Below are positions 31,114 to 39,642 of a DNA stretch of 64,000 nt, in pieces. Within the stretch, counting starts at the first letter, position 1. Every line of letters begins with the position of its first letter. A model generated the notes under the pieces. That model was not told the DNA's origin and made no database searches. It saw nothing but the letters and a program-made list of their open reading frames with translations. The DNA comes from Thermodesulfobacteriota bacterium. GTDB taxonomy: Bacteria; Desulfobacterota; Desulfarculia; JACQYL01. The stretch spans positions 672,001-736,000 of the forward strand of contig CAXXLZ010000001.1 of NCBI GenBank assembly GCA_963675595.2, given 5' to 3'. Made by a program: the position numbers and the translations under genes.

Positions 31114-31667
31114 CTCCTTTCATTCGCTAGGTGCACACCTGTGAGCTGTGATGAATTAGTTCGGCCAAGAAAGCGAATCGATTCCGCCGCCTTAGCGCCA
31201 AGTGATGCTTTCGTCGACTCGGAACGACACAAAAACAACGTCCCACGAGCCGACGGGTTTGCATGATTTCGCGGGTTTGACTTAGAGAACCGTCTTGATC
31301 AGTGAGCTAAAGTACGTCGAAATTCGACTCCCCCCCAACTTCGGTGTGCCGTCCTTCAACAAGGACCGAAGCCGCAGGGAGTCGAACGGCCGGGGAGGGC
31401 GACCTCTGCAGTGGGACTTATGCCGACCCGGCGCCGCGTCTTTCGGCTTCCGCGTTGTCCGCGACGCCCCCCGGGAGTTCCTCTATTGTTGTGCCGAAAC
31501 AGGGTGTTCAGTCTGTGGACACGGACCTGAATTCCGTAGCCGGGTTTTCCGAGACTCTGCGCTTTTTCAGAAGCGGGCGGAGGGACACCTTTCGTACACC
31601 CAGCCGAATCGCTCCGGCGGCGAACCACCCCACTCGAGAGAACATCGGTCGCTTTCGAAATTTGTAA

Positions 31668-31684
31668 AGCAGTTTCCATGCCAC
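31668..31684 (-). promoter_or_regulatory. putative sigma54 promoter facing the SBP-MCP unit
   Basis: TGGCAT-GGAAA-CTGCT on the minus strand (GG-N10-GC), with an AT-rich region upstream. Confidence 0.5.
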
Positions 31685-32053
31685 TAAAAAAATCTTACCA
31701 AAGAATACAACAACACGCAATAAATGGTTTTGCTTACAAACCAAATGGGCAGGATTGTGACCACGTATGACGGTTTTGTAACGTGCATTACATCTTGCGT
31801 TCGTCGTTACGAGCCGGCGGGTCCGGGCAGAGAGCAAAATCGATCATGCGAACGAACCAATTTCTCGACGCTTCAACCCGTATTGTATGCCACACGGTAT
31901 TCGATTAACTTATGAACCCGGCATCCACTCTTTGTTTTTGAATAATAAGTTGTTATTGGTTTCGTTATATTGTAATCAACCAATATTGCTTAGATAATAT
32001 AATGACCTATTTCAACTGCTATGCCATAAAATGGTGCTCAAACAGGGATATCT

Positions 32054-32380
32054 ATGGAAGAAAAAATGAACAGGTGGGGTTTCGGGCCGATTTTTGCCAC
32101 ACTGTCTATAGTTTTAGGACTCATTGTTTTGGCAACGAGTCGATTTTCTTATTCAAGATTCAATAATGCCTTCGTTAACGGTCGACTTATGTTATTTTCT
32201 GGAATTTTGGTGATAATTCCTGGAATGAGCTCCTTTATTTTCCAAGGACGATTGCAAGTGCCTACATTACCGACGAACTTCTTACTGGAGGCGTTTTCAG
32301 ATGGTGTCGCCATCCTCTGTATGCATCATGGGTGGTCCTCATCTTGCCGGGTATCGCTCTTGTGATGAGTAGTTGGCCGG
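32054..32380 (+). pseudogene. frameshifted, truncated ICMT/PEMT-family methyltransferase
   Basis: First frame MNRWGFGPIF plus TM segments; a different frame gives LLTGGVFRWCRHPLYASWVVLILPGIAL (RHPxY motif); C-terminal part absent; AT-rich. Confidence 0.7.
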
Positions 32381-32637
32381 GACGGAGGCGGCCGACTGCT
32401 TTCACCGGGGGACACCGCTTCTAGCTACAACGGCCCGGGCGATCTGACCCGTCGCACGGAATCGGGCGCCACCATGGGGCGTCCGTTGCGCCTCACTCGG
32501 GCATGAACCTCCACACCCCAACGTCCGGTACCGGCTGCGTCGGCGGAGGCGGGAGGACTTCGGATACGGGACACGAGCTTCAACGCAATCGGACCAAAGA
32601 ATTGTGGTTCTGAGGTGGGGGGCGAAGGCCGCAAGCG

Positions 32638-32676
32638 GAAACAGGGGGTTACCTTCACTCGGTAACCCGCTGTTTC
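32638..32676 (-). terminator. hairpin downstream of the tRNA fragment
   Basis: GAAACAG..GGGTTACC / GGTAACCC..CTGTTTC long inverted repeat. Confidence 0.6.
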
Positions 32677-32688
32677 AGATTTCTCATA

Positions 32689-32730
32689 TGGCTGGAACGA
32701 CGAGACTCGAACTCGCGAACTCCGGCGTGA
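32689..32730 (-). pseudogene. 3' half of a tRNA, most likely tRNA-Asp (att-site-like remnant)
   Basis: Minus strand TCAC-GCCGG-AGTTC-GCGAG-TTCGAGT-CTCGT-CGTTCCA-G-CCA: 3' anticodon arm, T-arm, acceptor strand, G discriminator and CCA; no D-arm or 5' acceptor strand upstream. Confidence 0.75.
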
Positions 32731-32955
32731 AGGCCCCCGGGGATGAACAAAGGGGAGGCCCTGGGCTTTGTACCGTTCCCCGAGCCGCGAAGCACCCTTT
32801 CGGGGAAGTGGGTGGCCGCCACTCGGAAGGGGATTCCGCCCGCCGTCGTCGGATCGGCGGGCGGCGGGTGTTTCTTTCACGCGACGTTGCCGCCGCTCCC
32901 GAGTTGTTTTTCGGTGAACCGAATTCAAGGAGAGGCGCAACCCCTCCTAATGCTT

Positions 32956-33708
32956 TTACTCTCCATGGATCGGGGTCACTTGACGCAGTAGGAAAGTGCC
33001 GTCGCCTTCATCCTCCAACTCGGCTCCATAGGCCGAACCGTCGGATACAAAGGCGTCGGGGATATGCAGGATGCCGTTCTCGTCCAAATACGGGATGGCT
33101 CGCGCGCTGAATTTGTCGATGGAGGGAAGAAACTCCAGATTGACAACGGCCTGGGGCCGAAGAGCGCTTTGGAAAAAGGATTTCTGCTCGTCGGTCGCTT
33201 CTCCCGTTTTCACCAGGGTACGGTAGGTGAAAAACTCTTTGGGATAAAGGGTTTCATTCGCTTTGACTTTCCAAACCATCCCCGTTGATTTCTGAACGAA
33301 GAAAAAGACCGCGTCCCCGATGGTGAGATAGTACGGGCCTTTGGCTCCCGTTACGAACGCGAGATCGGAAGGGGACCAGCCCATCGCATCGACGAACAGC
33401 TCTTCGGCTCCGCGGGTCGTCCAACCTGTGAAGATATTGATGTCGTCTCTTGGAACGACGCCGTCCGAGAATTGAGCCGCCAGCAACTGAAGCGCCCTGA
33501 AGCAAAGGCATCTGCAAATGCAGACTTTGGTCTTACCGTCTTCGACTTCCGTTTTAACCTGGTCCAAATCGTAGGTGGTGATGACGTCGTTTGCCTTAAC
33601 CCGGATCTGATTCCCGGTGATGGTTTCGCCGTGAACCGAGGGCGCCATGTAAACGGCCACGGCCAGTATCGACAGCGCGATCCATCCTTTCATCATTTTC
33701 TTCGACAT
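32956..33708 (-). CDS. exported Cys-motif protein, possibly FmdE-like
   Basis: AAGGAG RBS, signal peptide, VCICRCLCFRALQ..DGVVPRDDI. Confidence 0.7.
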   Translation of the reverse strand: MSKKMMKGWIALSILAVAVYMAPSVHGETITGNQIRVKANDVITTYDLDQVKTEVEDGKTKVCICRCLCFRALQLLAAQFSDGVVPRDDINIFTGWTTRGAEELFVDAMGWSPSDLAFVTGAKGPYYLTIGDAVFFFVQKSTGMVWKVKANETLYPKEFFTYRTLVKTGEATDEQKSFFQSALRPQAVVNLEFLPSIDKFSARAIPYLDENGILHIPDAFVSDGSAYGAELEDEGDGTFLLRQVTPIHGE

Positions 33709-34052
33709 GACTGACTCCTTGCGTAATGGTGAGCAGTGACAATACGACCCGGGCGGTCTGCGCCGCCGAAAAACGAAAAGGCGTAACATGGACGCATGTT
33801 GCGTGCCCCTGTTACGCCTTCAATTTCTTCGCGCCCGCCGCGGGCCGAAAATCGTAAGACGTCCCGATGATTCTTAGAGATATCTAAGTAACTAAGAGCG
33901 ATTAAATCGCACGGTGCGATGTTCTTGTCAAGGTTTTTTCAGGCCGTTCAAGCGGATTGAGAAAAAGAGTGAATGCCTGATCGCAAGGCCGACACAGCGT
34001 ACGAACGTGAAACGGCGGGAACGGAACCCACGAAACTTTCGACGGCGGACTC

Positions 34053-34331
34053 TTAATATTCGACCGTGCGTCGGCCTTGTCGGCAGTGGGTGTCTTTCTC
34101 CCGTTCGAAACGGCTCAAGCCCTTGGGGAGAGATTTCTTGAGCCGATCAAAGGCTCTCCGGGCTCTTGGAGAGGAGGAAACCACCAAGTGCGTTCCCGGG
34201 ATGAGGAAAATCAGGCCCAAGGGTACGGGAAGGATATATAGAGGGATTCCGACGATAATCAAGGTCACACCCAAAATGAGTTTGACACGAGGAGAAGGCG
34301 ACCACCACCGGCGAATGTTTTGTTGATCCAT
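34053..34331 (-). CDS. small membrane protein (PGPGW-like hairpin)
   Basis: LILGVTLIIVGIPLYILPVPLGLIFLIPG followed by a basic tail. Confidence 0.6.
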   Translation of the reverse strand: MDQQNIRRWWSPSPRVKLILGVTLIIVGIPLYILPVPLGLIFLIPGTHLVVSSSPRARRAFDRLKKSLPKGLSRFEREKDTHCRQGRRTVEY

Positions 34332-34585
34332 GGGGAGCGGACACGTCCGTTTATGACAGAGTTGAAGAATCAAGTACACTCCCAGTATGCACACCGGTTG
34401 TTGCGGATGGGTGACGAAAGGATGAAAGTTAAGCGGGAGAAGGGAAAGACTTTTCGGAGGGCGCTCCGTCTTCGCTGCGTGCGTCGACGTGAAGCTCGGA
34501 AAAACGCGGACCCGACCACGGATAAGGCTCTAAAGAACCTGTTCCGGTTGACCGAACGGGCAATGCACTCCGCCTGAAGGGGGGA

Positions 34586-35731
34586 CTATCCCGCCAGCCT
34601 AGCCGCGTATTCCCGGATGACTCGGGTACGGTCCATGTTGGCCAGGATAAGTTCTTTTCGGATTTCGTAGTCTTCCCAGGCCGGTTGAAAACCCACTTCC
34701 CTGGAAGCCTTAATGGGATCTTGCTCACCGGGGCTCCTGAGCTTTTCCGCCATATGGGTGTCGTCTCCCATAAAGACCAGGAGGGGGCGGTGAGAGGGGC
34801 CGCGTCGCTTATTCTTGCCGTTGAGGACGGAGATGAGGAATTTGGTATACTTTCGGGACTGAGGATTCCATACCTCGTAACCATCCACGTCGTACTCCGC
34901 CAACAGAATCGGCCAGAACTGCTCGGGGTGGGGGATAACGATTCCTCCTCCCAAGGACCTGGCTTCCTCGATGACTTCCGACGTCCTGTAGAAGTAACGA
35001 AGCGGGAACTCCTCCTTGACGGTTCTTTTCACGGCCGTCAAAAACGTTTGAGCTCTGTCGATCCATGGGTCCCCGTAGTCGGCGCGTAGTCCGTCGAAGA
35101 AATTTCGAAGCAGCTTGTTCTTGATGGACTCCGGCGGCACGGAACTTTCATGGCGCTGGAGAAGTGTTTCGATTTTTCCGACGTAGACCTGCACGAAATG
35201 GATGAGAGTCTCGTTGGCCCCGGTTTCCTTGGCGGCGAACTCGATGCGATGTGCCACGGGGCCGGTAATGGTCTGCATGAATTCGTAGAGCTGAGATGAA
35301 CGGTATTTGAAGGTGTGTCGGAGCATCGACCTGAGCACGTCCGCATGTTCCAGTTTGGGGGTTTCGAAATGCAGCAGCAATTGAACCTTCTGATTGAATC
35401 CCCTCGAATAGCAGTCCACCTCCACGCCGGTGTATCCGTTCCACGAGGTCAACGCGTTGTGTTGGGTCGGAATAATCAGATCAAGCTGCTTGTGGGGAAA
35501 ACAAGCGGCGATGCGCTTCCGGATGAGTTCCTTCGGGACGAATTCGGGATGCCAGTGGACCGCTAGTACCGACTCTTGTTTGGGGAAGGCATGGCCGACG
35601 GTTACAACTCGAGATTCTTCCTCGGGGCTGAGTTCGGTGGATACCACCCTGAGGAAGAGCCGTTCATCGTCATCGGAGATCTCCTCTGAGACCTTGTCCG
35701 GAACCAAAGATAGCCAATCGGTCTTATGCAC
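34586..35731 (-). CDS. conserved hypothetical with PHP-like C-terminal motifs, GAK-associated
   Basis: GGAAGGAG RBS and GTG start; IVIPHP, DGYEVWNP, MGDDTH. Confidence 0.7.
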   Translation of the reverse strand: MHKTDWLSLVPDKVSEEISDDDERLFLRVVSTELSPEEESRVVTVGHAFPKQESVLAVHWHPEFVPKELIRKRIAACFPHKQLDLIIPTQHNALTSWNGYTGVEVDCYSRGFNQKVQLLLHFETPKLEHADVLRSMLRHTFKYRSSQLYEFMQTITGPVAHRIEFAAKETGANETLIHFVQVYVGKIETLLQRHESSVPPESIKNKLLRNFFDGLRADYGDPWIDRAQTFLTAVKRTVKEEFPLRYFYRTSEVIEEARSLGGGIVIPHPEQFWPILLAEYDVDGYEVWNPQSRKYTKFLISVLNGKNKRRGPSHRPLLVFMGDDTHMAEKLRSPGEQDPIKASREVGFQPAWEDYEIRKELILANMDRTRVIREYAARLAG

Positions 35732-35866
35732 GGAGAACTCCTTCCACCTGAATCGTAGGTGTTAAGGGGGCATACCGACGAGATTCCACCAAAGAAAGGA
35801 CCGTAGAAGTCACCACGCAATGTCCGTCCACCGTGGTCGCAACCGCACCGACCTTTTTGGTCGGAG

Positions 35867-36412
35867 TCACTTGTGTTCGCGATGGCAGTGACCTCTGATT
35901 TTATCGATCTCGTCTATCGTGCCGACGAAAGTCTCGATATCCCCTTCGCTGAATGTTGTCCCCAACGTTTCGCATGCCTTGATGAACGGGTCATAGTAGT
36001 TTTCGCCCCGCTCATGAAAGCTAATCATGGTCCGGGCATCCCGCAAGAAACGATCGACCTCGGAGGCCCGGGGAAGCAATCCTGTGTCCCGGCTTTTTCG
36101 AATCGTCCTGAAGTTCTTCTGCATCCTTTTCTTCAGGGCCTTGTACCCGATGACCTCACGTGAGGAAAGCTCATCCCCATCTTCCTCGTCTTCGAGCGGC
36201 TCTTCCGTATCGCGAACTCCCGAGGATTTCGTCCTGATTTTCATGACGAAACCTTCCGCTTCCTTCTTCACGATGAGCTTGAGTTCACGGAGGTCCTGCA
36301 CGGGAATGAGGCCCAACTCCGTCCCGGTTTGTGTTGCGTCGACCAGCACGGCGACGAGTCCGGCGGCCTGTTCCGGGGTCAGGAGTTTTTCGATTTTGGC
36401 ATCTTTGCCCAT
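35867..36412 (-). CDS. GAK system XXXCH domain protein
   Basis: YKALKKRM..F and C-terminal GHCHREHK; operon context. Confidence 0.8.
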   Translation of the reverse strand: MGKDAKIEKLLTPEQAAGLVAVLVDATQTGTELGLIPVQDLRELKLIVKKEAEGFVMKIRTKSSGVRDTEEPLEDEEDGDELSSREVIGYKALKKRMQKNFRTIRKSRDTGLLPRASEVDRFLRDARTMISFHERGENYYDPFIKACETLGTTFSEGDIETFVGTIDEIDKIRGHCHREHK

Positions 36413-36431
36413 GGGGTCGTCCTCTCAGGGA

Positions 36432-37622
36432 TCAGGTTAAAGAAAGGAGAACGGGAACAAGGAGCTTTTCGTCGATCAGCGGTGTGCCGGCTTCGCCGAC
36501 GAGGGGACAACTCAATATTTGCACACCCAACCCTCTCAACTTTTCCCGATCCACGCCTCCTGGATATGCGTCGTGCCTGTCGTCCACAATCACGAGATTC
36601 AACACGTCCCGGAGTGAAATTCGATCCGGATCGTCTTGTATCAAGGTGTTTGAGAGTATCCTGACCTGTTCGGAAAGATCGAGGCCGTAAAGTTCCGGGT
36701 CGTGGCCCAAATTGGGAATGAACACCTTGGGGCAGGGATTCCGGCTCACGGCCCGGCCGACTCCTTTGGGCAGCAGGTTCGCGATCAAGCTGGAATAGAA
36801 GCTTCCCATGGGATAGCAGATCAGTTCCGCCTGGGCGATAAGTTCCTTCATCTTCGTACGCAACGGAACCTCCAAGGGACCCGTTTCTCCGCACCCGTCA
36901 CTGAGAAAGACTCCCCTAATTGCGGAGGAGATCGGGGGTGCTTCCTTCCCGGTGAGCAGGTGCTGCCCTACCAGAATATTCCCGTCTTCGAGCTCTGCGG
37001 CAAGGTGCACGTCTCGGTTCACCACGGGTCTCACCGTGCCTAAGACTCGAACCAGCTTGGAGAAAATAAAGATCACCGTATCGAAGCGACGGCGATTTTC
37101 CAGGTAACCGGCCGTAAGAATCAGGTTGCCTATGCTCGCTCCGGCCAAATCGAAGTCCACCGGCATGGAGTCTCGAAAGAGCTGAAGATGGCGCCGAATG
37201 ATTTTTCGCATGGGGTCGGGGATGCGGGACACAAGAGGATGGCGGCCCCGAATCATCTGTTCGAGTTCATTGGAGAGTGCTCTCCTCGGGTCGGTCTGGG
37301 AAAGGCGGTAGGCGAACAGCTCAAATATCTCGGGATTGCCGTGCAGGCTTCGGTCGGCGAGCGCCATGAGGCGGTTGCGCACATCTCCGATGGCGGGCAT
37401 GTGAAACGCCCTACGCAGTTTTGCGGAACTGCCTCCCGAATCGAAAGGTGTAATGACGTGAATGGAGTTGTGCGTGAAATGAATCAGTTCCCGGCTGACA
37501 TCCTTAAGGGCGGTTCCCCCGCTGAAGAACAGGATTCGAGGTCCCAAGTCGGGGCTCCGGGCGTACAAAGCCGATTTCACGGGGTCGGGGATCCTAACTC
37601 TCCGACTGAGTCGAATGTACAT
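36432..37622 (-). CDS. GAK system CofD/YvcK-like protein
   Basis: ILFFSGGTAL, ITPFDSGGSSA.LR, GDVRNRL, ICYPMGSFYSSLIANLL. Confidence 0.88.
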   Translation of the reverse strand: MYIRLSRRVRIPDPVKSALYARSPDLGPRILFFSGGTALKDVSRELIHFTHNSIHVITPFDSGGSSAKLRRAFHMPAIGDVRNRLMALADRSLHGNPEIFELFAYRLSQTDPRRALSNELEQMIRGRHPLVSRIPDPMRKIIRRHLQLFRDSMPVDFDLAGASIGNLILTAGYLENRRRFDTVIFIFSKLVRVLGTVRPVVNRDVHLAAELEDGNILVGQHLLTGKEAPPISSAIRGVFLSDGCGETGPLEVPLRTKMKELIAQAELICYPMGSFYSSLIANLLPKGVGRAVSRNPCPKVFIPNLGHDPELYGLDLSEQVRILSNTLIQDDPDRISLRDVLNLVIVDDRHDAYPGGVDREKLRGLGVQILSCPLVGEAGTPLIDEKLLVPVLLSLT

Positions 37623-37658
37623 GGGACGGTCCTGTGGATTGAGTTCGGCGGAGGCTCT

Positions 37659-38747
37659 CTAAACGAATTCGGATTTGGCGATGGAGATGCAGGTGGCGGC
37701 CGCCTGCTCGAAATGAATTCCTCCACTGAATTCCCAAACGGAACACCGCGACAGTAATTCTACATAGTCCTTGAGAATCGGTTCGGCGACCGGACAAGCG
37801 GGTGAGGGCTGGAAGAAGAGGCCGGTGGATTTCATGAGGGCCTGCATCAGGTCGGGGCGATCAGCGGGGTTCATCCTTTCCACCGCCAGAGGGGTCCGGT
37901 CTCGTTTCCAGCTCAGGATGATCAGGCAGTCCATAGGTGCATCGAGCACGAATCTACCGGGTCCGAAACACCGATCTATCGGAACGTCGTATTTGTGTTC
38001 CACATCCCAGAGTTCTTCAGAGGGGAGCTTGGAGAAGCGTTCCCAGTCTTCCGACGGCATCACGCTTCTGAGCTTAGGATTGTTCATCGCCGTTCCCGGG
38101 TTGATTCTCGGGAATTTCACTACGCCGTGCATCACCGGTCGATCGTCCTCCAACCGGATCACCAACCGGTCGTTGCTGACGAAGATCGCGTCCTTGCCCA
38201 TCAGGTGCATGGCCAGGGTGGACTTACCCGCCCCGGAGAAACCGGCTATGGCCAAGCCTTTGTTCTCCAGGATGACTCCCGAAGCATGACCCAGCAGTCC
38301 GCCCTTGCACAGCAACCATTCAATGTAACGGTTGTTGATGAAGTTGACTACCTGGTTGATGTTATCCAAACAGGGGCCCACGGCCAGTTGTTCTTTTTCG
38401 CCGAGTACGAACAGCATACCGGTCAACCGCTTTCTCACCACACGACCGCCGGGGAGATCGGCGTATTCTTCCTTGATCTTGGATTTGCCGGGGTCCGGCT
38501 CTTTGATCTTCAGCGGCAGCTTCGGATTCGGGGGGAGCGCTTCGTGCACCGTGATGGTGATCTCGGGGGTTGCCCGGCCCACGGCGAAGTCGCCGAAATA
38601 GTCGAGAAGAGCGCGCGCGACTCGGCTGTCGTTGACCGCCACTTCCAACACACACGTACCGAAACGCAAATAGAGCGAGTCCACGGTGGGGAAGCGCTCA
38701 CGGAACACACGGGCAATAGTGGGTACGTCTCCTGCAATTTGATTCAC
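37659..38747 (-). CDS. HprK-related kinase B (GAK system)
   Basis: LLGHASG, P-loop GFSGAGKST, FVSNDRL, PRINPGT. Confidence 0.88.
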   Translation of the reverse strand: MNQIAGDVPTIARVFRERFPTVDSLYLRFGTCVLEVAVNDSRVARALLDYFGDFAVGRATPEITITVHEALPPNPKLPLKIKEPDPGKSKIKEEYADLPGGRVVRKRLTGMLFVLGEKEQLAVGPCLDNINQVVNFINNRYIEWLLCKGGLLGHASGVILENKGLAIAGFSGAGKSTLAMHLMGKDAIFVSNDRLVIRLEDDRPVMHGVVKFPRINPGTAMNNPKLRSVMPSEDWERFSKLPSEELWDVEHKYDVPIDRCFGPGRFVLDAPMDCLIILSWKRDRTPLAVERMNPADRPDLMQALMKSTGLFFQPSPACPVAEPILKDYVELLSRCSVWEFSGGIHFEQAAATCISIAKSEFV

Positions 38748-39619
38748 GAGCCCAACCTTCCCAAAGTATATTGGACAAACATGCGTGCAACGTCCATATT
38801 CCTTGCCGCCTGAATTCCCCTGAATCCTCCGAAGGCGGAAACCTCGAAAACCACGGGACCCTCTTCAGTGAGCGCGACGTCCACACAGGTGAAATCCAAT
38901 CCGAAAAGGCTCTGGGCATTCCGGGCCAAGGTGATGATGTCCTTGGGGGGATCAAAAGGAGCATACTTCCCACCGGATCGCGTCGTGGTGTTCCAGGAGG
39001 CCTCATTTCCGCAACGAGCATAAGTGGTGAGATATTCACCACCCAGAAAGGCGATCCCCAAGTCTCTGCCCTGGTGGTCGATGCGTTTCTGAATGTACAT
39101 AATGGGGTGTTCGCTCTTGAACACGTCGATTTGCCGCTTTGCCTCGGGTCCGTCGGCAATGACGATCATTCCTTTGGCCTTGGAGGAGTACAGAGGCTTG
39201 AAGACCGCCTCGCCGTATTCCCTCACCGCGTTGAGTGCCGCATCGGCTTCTTCGGTGACGGTGGTGGGGGGCATGGGGATCCCTGCCAAGCCGAGGGTCA
39301 CCGTGCAGCTCAAACGGTCCAGCACTCGGGTGATATTGATGGGAGAGGAAAACATCTTCACTCCGTTTTCGTAAAGAAAACGGAGGATTTCGAGGCGATC
39401 CAGAAGATCGGGAGAATATCTGGCGCCTATCTTCTTGATCATCAGGGCGTCGAAGCTCGAAAGATCCAGTTCTTCGTATAAGACCTTCCCTCTGTGCAGG
39501 TCCAACACCACTTTTTCCATATCTATGAGATAGCGTTGTCCGGTCAGTTCCCCGACAGTGTCGGCCAGTTTCTCGGACGACCATCCCCCGGGGGTACCGA
39601 CGACTCCGATTCTTGTCAT
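38744..39619 (-). CDS. GAK system ATP-grasp enzyme (RimK-like)
   Basis: IGVVG.PGGWSSE.LAD, VFKPLYSSKAKGM, YIQK, FTCVDV, FEVSAFGGF; ATGA overlap with the kinase. Confidence 0.9.
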   Translation of the reverse strand: MTRIGVVGTPGGWSSEKLADTVGELTGQRYLIDMEKVVLDLHRGKVLYEELDLSSFDALMIKKIGARYSPDLLDRLEILRFLYENGVKMFSSPINITRVLDRLSCTVTLGLAGIPMPPTTVTEEADAALNAVREYGEAVFKPLYSSKAKGMIVIADGPEAKRQIDVFKSEHPIMYIQKRIDHQGRDLGIAFLGGEYLTTYARCGNEASWNTTTRSGGKYAPFDPPKDIITLARNAQSLFGLDFTCVDVALTEEGPVVFEVSAFGGFRGIQAARNMDVARMFVQYTLGRLGS

Positions 39620-39642
39620 TTTCGACCCTCTGCTCGGTAGTG

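Noticed and set aside
31370-31395. GTTCGACTC T-loop-like motif suggesting a tRNA
   Set aside because: No T-stem pairing or cloverleaf; it is one arm of a longer hairpin
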